A stretch of 64,000 nt of DNA from Bacteroidota bacterium (GTDB taxonomy: Bacteria; Bacteroidota; Bacteroidia; Bacteroidales; VadinHA17), in the NCBI GenBank assembly GCA_030596025.1, contig JAUVKW010000001.1, positions 1,603 through 65,602 on the forward strand, read 5' to 3'. Within the stretch, counting starts at the first letter, position 1, and every line of letters begins with the position of its first letter. The position numbers and the translations under genes are program-made. A model generated the notes under the pieces. It searched no databases, was not told the origin of the DNA, and saw only the letters and a list, made by a program, of their open reading frames with translations. Below, one piece after another: positions 1-10,800 of the stretch.

Positions 1-186
1 ATTAAAAATTAATGAGTGAATGCTCAAATGATAGAATTTAAAAAAAAAGTTTTTATTAGTCTACCACACTAAATTTAACATTTGGAGCTACAAAATTTAC
101 TTTATAGTTTTTAATAAATTTGACATTTTTTTTCAACTGATTATTTGCAGTATATTTACTCATGATAAAACAGTGAAAAATTTATC

Positions 187-582
187 ATGAACATATTCCC
201 ATTCAAATATAAATCTCCACTCCAATTAGGTTTTTTCATTGTCTTTATTATAGCAATCAGTCAGGTAGGGGAATTTTATGGAATTCAAAATTATGAGCTA
301 CCTCTAATATATAATATTGAATTAGTTGATTTATGCCCAACTTCCAACTACTCCTCCACAAATAATTATAAATTCCACAATTATTCCAGTTACAAGTTTA
401 AGGATGAATATTTGTTATTTAGCACATCAAATTATTATCAAATTAAGCAGTATAATAATTCTTGTGAACTGATGCTTAAAAAACAAGAAATCCTTCAAGC
501 AGGCATTGAAATAATTACCAGAAAACAGTATTGGATCAAAGCCCTCCACGCTAAAATAAATACTGACGAATACCTTTCTTAA
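187..582 (+). CDS. hypothetical small protein with N-terminal hydrophobic segment, N/Y/S-rich
   Basis: 131-aa ORF from track. Hydrophobic stretch LQLGFFIVFIIAISQV near the N-terminus. No family recognised. The region is very AT-rich, so the ORF could be fortuitous. Confidence 0.25.
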   Translation: MNIFPFKYKSPLQLGFFIVFIIAISQVGEFYGIQNYELPLIYNIELVDLCPTSNYSSTNNYKFHNYSSYKFKDEYLLFSTSNYYQIKQYNNSCELMLKKQEILQAGIEIITRKQYWIKALHAKINTDEYLS

Positions 583-724
583 CCTTATATGATGCCATTC
601 TAAGCATCACAGCTTTCCTCAATACGTATTATCAAAATTAAACTTTTGTTTGATCAGTGGTATACTCAGCAATACCTACTAATCCAGATCAAATGAATTC
701 AATTAGTATTAACCTATAATTCTT

Positions 725-3106
725 ATGAAAGCATTCGTGAAGATTAAATCGTTCTTATTATCTAATAATAGCTCAATTCAAAATGACCTTAAGGACTATG
801 AGAAGATTTTAATTGATGTCAATAATCATCATTCACAATTAATAAAAAAGACAGATAATGAGTTACAAAAACTATCCTGGAGCCTTATTAAAATAGTCCA
901 AAATGAAAATAAAATTAATCTGGATGATTTATTAGCTTCAGCTTTTGCTCTTGTTAAAGAGGTTTGCATTAGGCAATTGAATATAACTCCTTTTGATGTG
1001 CAAATTTTAGGAGCAATTGGACTTCAAAAAGGGAATCTAATTGAAATGCAAACTGGAGAGGGAAAAACAATAACTGCCGTTTTCTCTGCCTACCTTAATG
1101 CTTTGACTAAAAAAGGTGTCCACATTTTAACTTTTAATGATTATCTCGCAAAAAGAGATGCTACCTGGATGTCACCCATATTTGAGTTTTTGGGATTATC
1201 TGTAGGATTCATATCAGCTGAAATGAATAAATCTGAAAAGAAGAAATTATATAAATGTGATATTACTTATGCAACCGCCAAAGAAGTAGGGTTTGATTAT
1301 TTAAGATCTGAAGTTGCATATGACAAAAAGGAGCTGGTATTGCGACCATTTCATTATGCGATTGTTGATGAAGCTGATGCGATACTGATTGATGAAGCTA
1401 GAAACCCTCTGGTTTTAGCAGGAGATATTATCAAAACTGATTTAGACTTTTATAATATTGCCAGGTTTATATCCACATTGGACTCTAAAATTGACTTTCT
1501 TTCTGACGAGTATTCCAGAAATATATTTTTGACTGAAGAAGGAGTTCTCAAGGCGGAAAAGGAGTTTAATGTTGCAAATCTACTGACTGATGTAAACCTT
1601 GAATTAAACTCTGCTATAAATCTGGCACTGCAAGCAAAATGGCTTTTAAAAAAAGACGTTGACTACATTATTAAAAATAAAGAAATAAAGCTCATAGATG
1701 AGTTTACTGGCAGAATTGTTGAGGACAGGAAATGGCGTAATGGCCTGCAAACTTCAGTTGAAGCAAAAGAGAATCTGGAAATTAATAAGGAAGGAACTAT
1801 ACTTAACTCAATAACATTACCTAATTTACTTCAGCAATACCCCAAAAAGGCCGCTATGACAGCAACAGCTATACAATCATCTGAAGAATTTGAATATTTC
1901 TATGGATTAAAGACTGTTGTAATTCAACCGAACAAGCCTAGTAAACGAATTGACTTTCGAGATGTAATATTTGAATCAAAGGAAGAAAAGAATAAAGCCA
2001 TTGTAAACGAAGTATGTGAGATTCATAAAACCGGGCAACCCATTCTTGTTGGAACACTCACTGTAAAAGAATCTGAAGTTCTGGCAAACTATATTCGTGA
2101 TCAGGGTATATGGTGTGAAATTCTCAATGCAAAGAATGATGAATATGAATCCAAAATAATCTCTAAAGCAGGAATGTTAAATGCAGTAACAATTTCAACT
2201 AACATGGCTGGTAGAGGAACAGACATAATACTTGGAGGACCAGGTAAACAAGACATAGATCAAATTATCAAACTAGGAGGACTTTATGTTATTGGAACTA
2301 ATAGACATGAAAGTTCAAGAGTTGATTGGCAGTTAAGGGGGAGATCTGGCAGACAGGGAGATGTGGGCATGTCAAGGTTCTTTGTCAGCCTGAAGGATGA
2401 CCTGATGGTTAAATATAATATCGTTGATTCATTTCCAAAAAAGTACAAAAACATAATTAAAAAGAAAGTAAAAGAAAAAATAAAAAGAGAATTGATTGAC
2501 CATATTCAACGTGTTATTGAAGGTCAAATGTTTGATTTAAGAAGATCCTTATACAATTATTCAGAACTAGTCGAAAAACAGAAAGTCATTGTAAAAGATG
2601 AAAGACTTAGAATATTAACAAATGGAATTGAGATTACTAAAGATTATCTTCCAATGATGATAAAGAATATTAAGTTGAGGGATCGTTACAAAATACAAGA
2701 ACTGATATTATTTCAGTACGATTTCTATTGGTCAAGACACCTGGACTATTTATCAGAATTGAGAGAAGGTATTCATTTGCTTAGAATTGGAGGGCAGAAT
2801 CCATTAAGGGAATTTCAAAAAAATGTAGATGCAAGTTTTAAGACCTTACTTGGGAACATTGACTTTGAGACGAAGAAAAAAATAAAATGCCTGATTGAAA
2901 ATCCCACACTTGAACTTTCAGACCTTGGTGTCACTAAACCATCATCAACATGGACATATATTGTAAATGATTTTCCATTTGGTAATCAATTAGGATATAT
3001 GCTTACTGATAGCTCGAATATTGGTTTTCAAGTAGATCTCTTATCATTGATAATTCTTGCCATATTTAAGGTCTTTAAGAAGAAGATTAAGAAAGAAATA
3101 TATTGA
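725..3106 (+). CDS. secA: SecA-family preprotein translocase ATPase, short divergent paralogue (SecA2-like)
   Basis: 793-aa ORF with SecA motor motifs: Walker A MQTGEGKT, DEAD-like IVDEADAILIDEARNPL, TNMAGRGTDI, NRHESSRVDWQLRGRSGRQGDVG. The usual GMTGTA is AAMTATA. There is no C-terminal Cys/His zinc motif; the protein ends in a hydrophobic-lysine tail VDLLSLIILAIFKVFKKKIKK. It is roughly 300 aa shorter than the Bacteroidota SecA I recall. Confidence 0.8.
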   Translation: MKAFVKIKSFLLSNNSSIQNDLKDYEKILIDVNNHHSQLIKKTDNELQKLSWSLIKIVQNENKINLDDLLASAFALVKEVCIRQLNITPFDVQILGAIGLQKGNLIEMQTGEGKTITAVFSAYLNALTKKGVHILTFNDYLAKRDATWMSPIFEFLGLSVGFISAEMNKSEKKKLYKCDITYATAKEVGFDYLRSEVAYDKKELVLRPFHYAIVDEADAILIDEARNPLVLAGDIIKTDLDFYNIARFISTLDSKIDFLSDEYSRNIFLTEEGVLKAEKEFNVANLLTDVNLELNSAINLALQAKWLLKKDVDYIIKNKEIKLIDEFTGRIVEDRKWRNGLQTSVEAKENLEINKEGTILNSITLPNLLQQYPKKAAMTATAIQSSEEFEYFYGLKTVVIQPNKPSKRIDFRDVIFESKEEKNKAIVNEVCEIHKTGQPILVGTLTVKESEVLANYIRDQGIWCEILNAKNDEYESKIISKAGMLNAVTISTNMAGRGTDIILGGPGKQDIDQIIKLGGLYVIGTNRHESSRVDWQLRGRSGRQGDVGMSRFFVSLKDDLMVKYNIVDSFPKKYKNIIKKKVKEKIKRELIDHIQRVIEGQMFDLRRSLYNYSELVEKQKVIVKDERLRILTNGIEITKDYLPMMIKNIKLRDRYKIQELILFQYDFYWSRHLDYLSELREGIHLLRIGGQNPLREFQKNVDASFKTLLGNIDFETKKKIKCLIENPTLELSDLGVTKPSSTWTYIVNDFPFGNQLGYMLTDSSNIGFQVDLLSLIILAIFKVFKKKIKKEIY

Positions 3107-3194
3107 GTTAGAATTAATTCGCAAGTGGACAATGGAATGAATTTCCCGAAAAATACTTATTAATTATTTAACTTGATAAGTATCAATTACTTAA

Positions 3195-6100
3195 TTAATC
3201 TATTTTATCAGCCTCCAACCTCAAAAACAAAGGCAAATAAACCACTACAGCGATAAATGAAAATAACAGGCCTCCCATCGCACCCACAGCAAAAGCAAAC
3301 CAAAATACTTCGTTCTGCCCGGCCCATACAAAAGGAATTAGTCCTATTATGGTTGAAATAACTGTTAAAAAAACCGGTACTATCTTGTGATTGTATGCTT
3401 TTAAATAAAGTTTTAAGTTCTTCCTGGTGTTTCTCTCACGGCAAAAATGATTATAATCGTTGATGATATACAAGCCTGCATTTACTACAATACCAGAAAG
3501 CAAAATAAACGAGGCAAAACCTCCCTGGTCGAAATTAAAATCAAACAGATAAAAGGTGAGAAAAACACCTATAAATGAAATGGGTATCATACCAACTATG
3601 GCCAGTGGCTGTAATAATGACTCTAGTAAAATGCTGCAAATAAAATATATGATAAGAATTATTAGCAGTAAAAGGTAATACTGTTTCTTATCTTTACTAT
3701 CCCACCAGGAACCCCAGCCCCGTTTACTTGCCTTGTAACCCAAAGGAAGCAGTGCATTCATTTCATCAATATGCTTTTCCATTACGATTGCACTTAACTT
3801 GCCGGGGCCGATAAAATCATAAGCAACATCAATTCTGTATTGTTGATTGTACTTATATATGTCACTTCCGGTTTTTTGCTTATTAATTTCAGCTAAATAT
3901 CCTTGTTTGTACAGTTTGTTCTGAATACTGGCCGGCCTGTTTTTCAAATCCCATACATTAAAAGTTTCAGCCCGGTCAGATACCAGTGTTACCGGGTTTA
4001 ACTCTCCCTTAACATACACCGGTTTGAGATTTGCCCTGTAAACCCTGTCTCTCAGTGAATTATAAAAATCAATAAGTGTTATTTCCTGCAAACCGAACTG
4101 TTTGCGGTCAAAACCAATAAAGAACTCATGCAATGAGGCAATACGCCACCAGTTACCGGGCCCGGTAATATCCACTTCATGAATTCTTGGATTTTCAAGC
4201 AGTTTTTTTTTCAGAACCCCGGCATAAGCTATCAACTGGTCGTAATTATATCCATCGAATATGATGTGACTGTTTTTGTAGCCTGTATTAATAGCGTTAC
4301 TAAACCCTCTGCCCACGCCATAAATACTCCAGTCAAGCCCGCCAAGGTTAATTGCCTTTGAGGTAAGTTCTCCTTTCAGGAAATAGGGAAAGTACCCCTT
4401 CTCAAATTCAGGTTTAAAGTTTATACTTATAGATGAATTACGATAGCTGGTAATACTGGTTTGAAACAGGTCAACTTCATTATAGCTGCTTATATGATTT
4501 TCCATTTTCTTAACAGCCTCGTTTAACTGGTGTATAGTTGATCCCTCTGGCATGGTACCTCGTACAAACAAGGTAGTTTTCTGCGGACTTGAATAGAATG
4601 AGCTTTCAAACACATGCTCGGAAAAAAGTCGTAAGGTACCTCCGAATATTTTTTCGGTAAGCGATCGGGCATTTTGCTGGTACCAATTGCTTCCAATAGA
4701 TTTATTATAGAGCTGTGACAAGTAATTCTCATTTTCAATTGTTTCAGGAAGCCAGTGTACCGGTATGCCAAAACCCAAAATAAAAATCAGATAATACGCC
4801 CATTTAAACCGTTTGCTAAAAAGAATTGATCGCTCATAAAACCCGGAAATTCGCACAACCCTTCTTTTCCGTTTTAAGAAAGCGATCTTTCTTCCAGCCA
4901 CCAGGCTTATTTTATCCATTAGTGCCGGAATAAAAAATAATGCTATAAGTAATGAAACTGAAAGGTTGACAATAATCACCTCTGCAAAATCAATAAGGTT
5001 TATTCTCTGACTTTCTTCCAGAAAAAACAACATGCTTAACGCCCCTATTGTGGTGAGGGTTGCAGCAAGAATAGCCAGAAACACTTTTTTATTCCGGTGG
5101 TGGCGAATGTGGTCTATCATTACAATGCTATTGTCAATGATAATCCCAAATGAAACAGTGATGCCAGCAAGAGAATAAAGGTGAATTTCTATTTTGAACA
5201 AATAGTAAAATATACAGGCAATAACAAGGTTGGCAACTAAACTCACAGAGATGAGCAATAAATAACGAAACTGCCGACTGATCAATAACACAAAAAGCAG
5301 CAAAATAAGCATCGAAAAGAGTGTTCGTAAGGCAATTTTCTTTATTTCTTTTTCGATAAATTCAGTTGAATCATAAGAAAGCAAAACAGAATAGCCACCC
5401 GGCAGGTTTTGACTGATATCTGCCATTTTTTCTTTAACATCACGAGCCAACTTGATGTTGTTTATCCCTTCTTCAGGATATAGCACCAGGTTTATTGTAT
5501 TTAATCCGTTAATCCGGTAATATGCATGAGGTGGTTGTTCTTTATACCTGATAGTAGCTATATCAGAAAGATATATAATGCGGCCACCTGATTTTTTCAC
5601 CGGTATTTTATTCCATGATTCATTCTCAGCAATGTAGGTTTGTAGTACAATGCTTATTTTTTCAGTAAAATCATGCCCTGGAGTTTTTACGGAACCCATA
5701 CCGATGAGTTCCTTTTGGAAATGGGTATTGATGGCTGAAACAATTTCCTGTGGCTTAATGTTCAATATGTGAATTTGATCAACATTAAATTTAACTTCCC
5801 ATTCATATGGATTAGCGCCGTATATTTTCACTTCATTTAAACCAGGAATAGGCGATAATAATGGTGAGATATTATTTTCAGCATATTTTTGGATATAGTA
5901 GGGACTGGCACTCGCATTTAGATTATAGCTAAGTATTGGTCGTACATTCTGCCCCCTTGTTCCAAGGGTAATTTCCGGATATGAAAGCTGTTTCGGTAAG
6001 TTGGGATAAGTCCTGCGAATAATAGTAGCAATCTCAAACCTCACAGCATCGAGGTTCAGGTTTTTTTTAAAAGTCAGGTTAATTTTGCCACGGCCCCTGT

Positions 6101-6359
6101 ACGAAACTGAATTTACGTCTTTTATGCCTTTAACAGAACTAAAAAGTCCTTCCAGTTTCGAGGTAACTTCCTGTTCAATAACCCTTGCCGAGGCATCGTG
6201 CCAACTATAAGTTACCTCAATAGAAGGTAAAGCCCTTGATGGTTCAAGCTGAACATTCATAAGGGGGATAACACTTATGCCGATTAACATCAGCGCAACA
6301 AAAACCACAATCACCGAAAACGATGAAAACCTGCTTTTATCTGCGTCCTCTGCTTTCAA
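3195..6359 (-). CDS. RND (AcrB-type) efflux transporter permease subunit
   Basis: 1054-aa ORF with an N-terminal TM, two large soluble loops and two multi-TM bundles. TM4-type motif FGIIIDNSIVMIDHI. C-terminal bundle GLIPFVWAGQNEVFWFAFAVGAMGGLLFS. Confidence 0.85.
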   Translation of the reverse strand: MKAEDADKSRFSSFSVIVVFVALMLIGISVIPLMNVQLEPSRALPSIEVTYSWHDASARVIEQEVTSKLEGLFSSVKGIKDVNSVSYRGRGKINLTFKKNLNLDAVRFEIATIIRRTYPNLPKQLSYPEITLGTRGQNVRPILSYNLNASASPYYIQKYAENNISPLLSPIPGLNEVKIYGANPYEWEVKFNVDQIHILNIKPQEIVSAINTHFQKELIGMGSVKTPGHDFTEKISIVLQTYIAENESWNKIPVKKSGGRIIYLSDIATIRYKEQPPHAYYRINGLNTINLVLYPEEGINNIKLARDVKEKMADISQNLPGGYSVLLSYDSTEFIEKEIKKIALRTLFSMLILLLFVLLISRQFRYLLLISVSLVANLVIACIFYYLFKIEIHLYSLAGITVSFGIIIDNSIVMIDHIRHHRNKKVFLAILAATLTTIGALSMLFFLEESQRINLIDFAEVIIVNLSVSLLIALFFIPALMDKISLVAGRKIAFLKRKRRVVRISGFYERSILFSKRFKWAYYLIFILGFGIPVHWLPETIENENYLSQLYNKSIGSNWYQQNARSLTEKIFGGTLRLFSEHVFESSFYSSPQKTTLFVRGTMPEGSTIHQLNEAVKKMENHISSYNEVDLFQTSITSYRNSSISINFKPEFEKGYFPYFLKGELTSKAINLGGLDWSIYGVGRGFSNAINTGYKNSHIIFDGYNYDQLIAYAGVLKKKLLENPRIHEVDITGPGNWWRIASLHEFFIGFDRKQFGLQEITLIDFYNSLRDRVYRANLKPVYVKGELNPVTLVSDRAETFNVWDLKNRPASIQNKLYKQGYLAEINKQKTGSDIYKYNQQYRIDVAYDFIGPGKLSAIVMEKHIDEMNALLPLGYKASKRGWGSWWDSKDKKQYYLLLLIILIIYFICSILLESLLQPLAIVGMIPISFIGVFLTFYLFDFNFDQGGFASFILLSGIVVNAGLYIINDYNHFCRERNTRKNLKLYLKAYNHKIVPVFLTVISTIIGLIPFVWAGQNEVFWFAFAVGAMGGLLFSFIAVVVYLPLFLRLEADKID

Positions 6360-6479
6360 TTTATTTTTATGTTTCTTGAGAATCCCTTATTATTCATTCA
6401 CTCATTTATTTATCCTCTCCTACATTTCATGCCGGCAGGAGTATTTGTCTTATGTATGCTTTCGCCTTAAGCCCTGCTA

Positions 6480-7646
6480 TTATAATCTTTTTAAAAACCT
6501 GTTCCATTTAATTTCTTTACGATTTTTTGAAAAAAGAATTAATACAGCTTTTCCTACAATATTTTGCTCCGGCACAAAACCCCATGCTCTTGAATCATTT
6601 GAATGGTACCTGTTATCCCCCATCATGAAATAATAATTCTGATTAACAGTAAAGTTTGTAATCCCGGTATTTTCAATTATAGAATGCCCATTCCCCATTT
6701 CAGGAGCAAATTTTTCAAATTTGTTGAATGTCTCAGTATAGATATTAGAGTTTTTACCATTAAGAATTATCTTGTACTCCTTTCCCGGAATCATTATGGG
6801 CCCATAACTATCAGTTGTTGAGAATGATTCAAGCATCCCGGTGTAATTATTATTCAAATCTGTCTTAATTGTTTTAACAACAACAGAATCAACCACAGAA
6901 GTTTTTTCTAACTGATTTTTTTGACCTTTTGTAAGATTTAACTCTACAAAGCCATTTTGTTTCCTTACCCATAGCCCAAACTTTTGAATACCAAGGCTAT
7001 CGGCCAGGGATCTAAAGGAATTTAAGTTGTTATACCAAATCATATATGAAAACCTGGAATACAGGGGATCTTCCTGCTTTTTGCCGTTTATGTATACCTG
7101 TGATCGAATAACCTGAATTGTATCTCCCGGCAGGGCCACACAACGTTTAATAAACACATCATCCCCAACAAAAGGAGGTTGAAAAACAACAATATCTCCT
7201 CTGTTAATTTTAGAATATCCATTCAAACGACGATAATGCCACCATGTTGAATCTGATTTTGCCCTTGATTTCTTATTCAGATAAAAAAATACATTAAACC
7301 AGGGAATTTCAAAGGGTGAACGAGGCAATTTCGGGCCATAGTTTAATTTACATACCAATACTTTATCACCCGGTATTAAAGTGTTTTTCATTGAGCCTGT
7401 TGGGATAGAATAAATTTCAAATATGAATACACGCATGCTGACAGCCAGCACCAAAACTCCAGCAAAAATCATAACATATGATAGTACTTTCTGATTACCT
7501 AAGTATTTAGTAAAGTTCAGTTTTGATGTGAACAGTATAAACAGAGCACATATTAAAACAAAACCTATTGCCAGCCAGGCTAATCCTATAATCAGCAAAA
7601 CAACTGCAACAGATATTAGCAAAATGATATTAATTCTCCGCTTCAT
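6480..7646 (-). CDS. lepB: signal peptidase I (paralogue 1)
   Basis: 388-aa ORF with N-terminal TM segments. SPase I boxes: IPTGSMKNTLIPGDKVLV (Ser box), FIKRCVALPGD (Lys box), GDNRYHSNDSRAWGFVPEQNIVGKA. Confidence 0.9.
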   Translation of the reverse strand: MKRRINIILLISVAVVLLIIGLAWLAIGFVLICALFILFTSKLNFTKYLGNQKVLSYVMIFAGVLVLAVSMRVFIFEIYSIPTGSMKNTLIPGDKVLVCKLNYGPKLPRSPFEIPWFNVFFYLNKKSRAKSDSTWWHYRRLNGYSKINRGDIVVFQPPFVGDDVFIKRCVALPGDTIQVIRSQVYINGKKQEDPLYSRFSYMIWYNNLNSFRSLADSLGIQKFGLWVRKQNGFVELNLTKGQKNQLEKTSVVDSVVVKTIKTDLNNNYTGMLESFSTTDSYGPIMIPGKEYKIILNGKNSNIYTETFNKFEKFAPEMGNGHSIIENTGITNFTVNQNYYFMMGDNRYHSNDSRAWGFVPEQNIVGKAVLILFSKNRKEIKWNRFLKRL

Positions 7647-7689
7647 TTGTTTAGATTCGGTTCGATTTTTATTTTGGTGGAAATGGGTG

Positions 7690-7734
7690 AATGATACAAT
7701 GATTAATGATACAATGATTAATGCTACAATGATT
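7690..7734. repeat. 3 x 15-nt tandem repeat (AATGATACAATGATT, third copy AATGCTACAATGATT)
   Basis: Read directly from the sequence. Lies in the 183-nt gap between the RND permease (7830..10955) and lepB (6480..7646). Confidence 0.9.
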
Positions 7735-7829
7735 TTTACTATTTACTATAAGTTGAATTTTTTGCTTTTGACATTATTTTGATTATTCAATTTATAGGAT
7801 GAACCTTAAAGTTATTGCTATAAAGTTTG

Positions 7830-10800
7830 TTACTTTTTCAAGTAATAGTAAAATAAGGGGATGAAATACAAACTTACCATTGTACCAACAATCATACCTC
7901 CAATAACTGCCAATGCCAGTGGTTTCTGCAGATCGGCGCCAAGTCCGGTAATAAACAGAAATGGCAAGAGAGCAAGAATAGTGGTTAAACTGGTCATTAT
8001 TATTGGTTTAAACCTTCGTTGGCCGCCTACAACCAATGCTCTCATAAGAGAATAACCCTGGTTACGCAAACGATTAATGGTGTCGATTTTTAAAATTGAA
8101 TCATTAATAATGATACCGCTCATTACAATGATACCAATAAGGGACATTAAGTTTATGCCTGCTCCAAACAGCTTTAATAAAAGAAATACTCCGAAAACGT
8201 CAACAGGCACCTCTATTAGAACAATAAGAGGTAAAGAAAGTGATTCAAACTGTGAAGCCAGGATAAAATAAAGAAGCAAAAGAGAAATGCCAAGAATAAC
8301 CGCAAGCTGCTTTAAAAGTTTTTCACTTGTAAAGATGCTTCCACTAAAACCTGCCTCAAAATGCCGGTCTTCATTTAAAGTATTACGTATGCCTGTAATC
8401 ACTTTATCAGCATCGCTATTGTTTACCTGTATTGGCAAAGGGTAATATTCACCTTCAGGCCCGGCCACAATAATTTTTAAATCGTAGTTTTTTTCTACAC
8501 TAATAAGGCTGCGTAAGGGAATATTATCTCCATTGCTATTCATCACCATAGTTCTTGAAATAATATCATTTATCAATTTGGGCTTCTCACCCAAAACTAC
8601 CGGAATAAAATACTGGCTTCTTGTAATCAGCAATATTTCATTCTCACTCAAAGCACTTTTTATTTTTCGGTGCAATGCTTCAAAAGACACATCATAGGTC
8701 ATTAATTTCAGTGGATCTGCTTTCAATAAAAGATTTTCCTGCCAGGCTACCTGCTGTAATTGACTATAACTTATTTCTTTTCGCATTTTATCAATAGTCG
8801 TCTTCAGAAATATGTTATAATCAGGGCCAAAGTCTTCTGTTGAGCGCAAACGGGCAACCAGGGGCGGTTCATTATCTGAAAATATCAGGTTAAAAACATT
8901 TCCCGCCTCCTTAATATTTATTATTGCAATAGGATATTTACTATTTATGAATTGAGTAGCATCGTTAACAATTGCCTGTATTTCATCAGGAAATTCGGCT
9001 TTAACATAAACCAATGCTTCTGAAGCCGTTTCATCCGAGCTATAGTCAAGAAGAAACTGCTGTTCGCCAATCATACATGTAGATTGAACAGGCTTAACTT
9101 TTATATTTGCTAATAATTCCTGTATCCTTCTGTTATTTTCATCAACATGAATTCTCTCGTTCCATTCAATCCCTATCATTATTTCACTTCGGGAGAGTGG
9201 AGGGAAGCTGTCTTTTGGCAGTTTGAAATACAACAAAACAACACCCATTAGCATAAGAAAAAACAGTATCCATGCGTAGCCCTGATTTTTCATAATTAGC
9301 CGGAATCCCTTTTCGTATATTGCTTCATAATTCAATGTATTTATTCTGGAAAGAAGATTCTTTTTATTTGTTTCTAATTGTTTGTTGTAGAACAATTTAT
9401 AATAAGTGGGCAAAAGAGTTATTGACACAAGGAGTGAAACAATCAGTCCAATAGCAATAGCCATTGCCTGATCATAAAATAATGCACCGCTTATACCCTG
9501 CACAAATATCAAGGGTATAAAAACGGCGCATGTTGTAAGCACCGCACTTAACAAAGGCCTGAATACCTCATTTGTTCCTGACACACATGCCTGAATAAGA
9601 TGGCTTCCCCGTTCACGGTATTGAGTAATATTGTCAATTACTATTATCGAATTATCAATCATCATTCCAACACCCAGTATCAGACCTGATAATGAAATAA
9701 TATTTATCGAAATATCTGCCAGGTAAAATATAAGCAGAGATATAACAATTGAGGCGGGTATGGTAATTCCTACCAGAAAAGGAGCCCTGAAATCTTTTAA
9801 GAAAAAGAACATGATCAGGAATGCTAAAGATGCTCCAAACAAGAGGCTTTTACCAAGATTTGAGATGGTATAATCAAGCAAAAGGGTTTGATCTCTTGTT
9901 ATTTTAAATTCAATATGCGGATAATCTTCAATCAGATGGTCAATGAGTTGGTACAATTTATCTTTTAGCTCGCTCATTTGTGCATCAGACTGTTTAATAA
10001 CAGCCATTGTGATAGCTTCTTTCCCGTCGGATGTCACCATCCCCGTTCGCTTTTGAACATGTTCAATAACCCGGGCAATGCTTTTGAATTGAATAAGCCT
10101 GTCACCTGCTTTAATGTATATATTTTCAATATCGTGTTTGTTTTTCAGAGTTGAGGCAAATCTGATATTGTATTGGTATTGCCCGTCCCGAATGAGAAGA
10201 TTCCCCAGATTAATATTGTTCTTACGTATGGTTTGCTCAATGGTGGCCAAATTAATTCCCAGTGATTCCGCTTTTTTCATATCGGGTATGATCAGTAATT
10301 CGGGATAAACCTGTCCGCTGATATCTACCATTGCAACCTCGGGCAATTGTTCAATACGCTTACTTATAACCTGACCGGCAAATCTGCTTAATTCTATAAA
10401 CTTTTGAGAAACCGGGAAGATATTCTTTGATGTTTCCGGTTGTTGGTTTATGCTTTCTTGTCCATCGCTTAATGATTGTTCCCGTCCCTGTGCTCTGTGC
10501 CCTGTGCTCTGTGCCCTGTGCTCTTTCAATGTCAGGTTTAGATAAAATACCGGTATATCGGATGCACTGGCTTTAATAACCTCTGGCCGGTTTAATTTGC
10601 GTGGTAACCTGTTCATTGCCCTGTCGATTTTTTCATTTACTTCGATAAAGGCAAAATCAACATCAGTGCCATAGTCAAAATCAAGATGGATAAGGGCATT
10701 TCCATCACGCGTTTCACTTTTAATATCAGATAAATGTGAAACCTGCATCAGTTGTCTTCGTAAAGGTTTTACCACCGTGTTTTCCAATTCCCTTGCTGAA

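Noticed and set aside
1-3190. Impression that the first 3 kb is more AT-rich than the rest and therefore horizontally acquired
   Set aside because: I cannot compute composition reliably by eye. The whole window is AT-rich and no mobility genes or tRNA flank the region.
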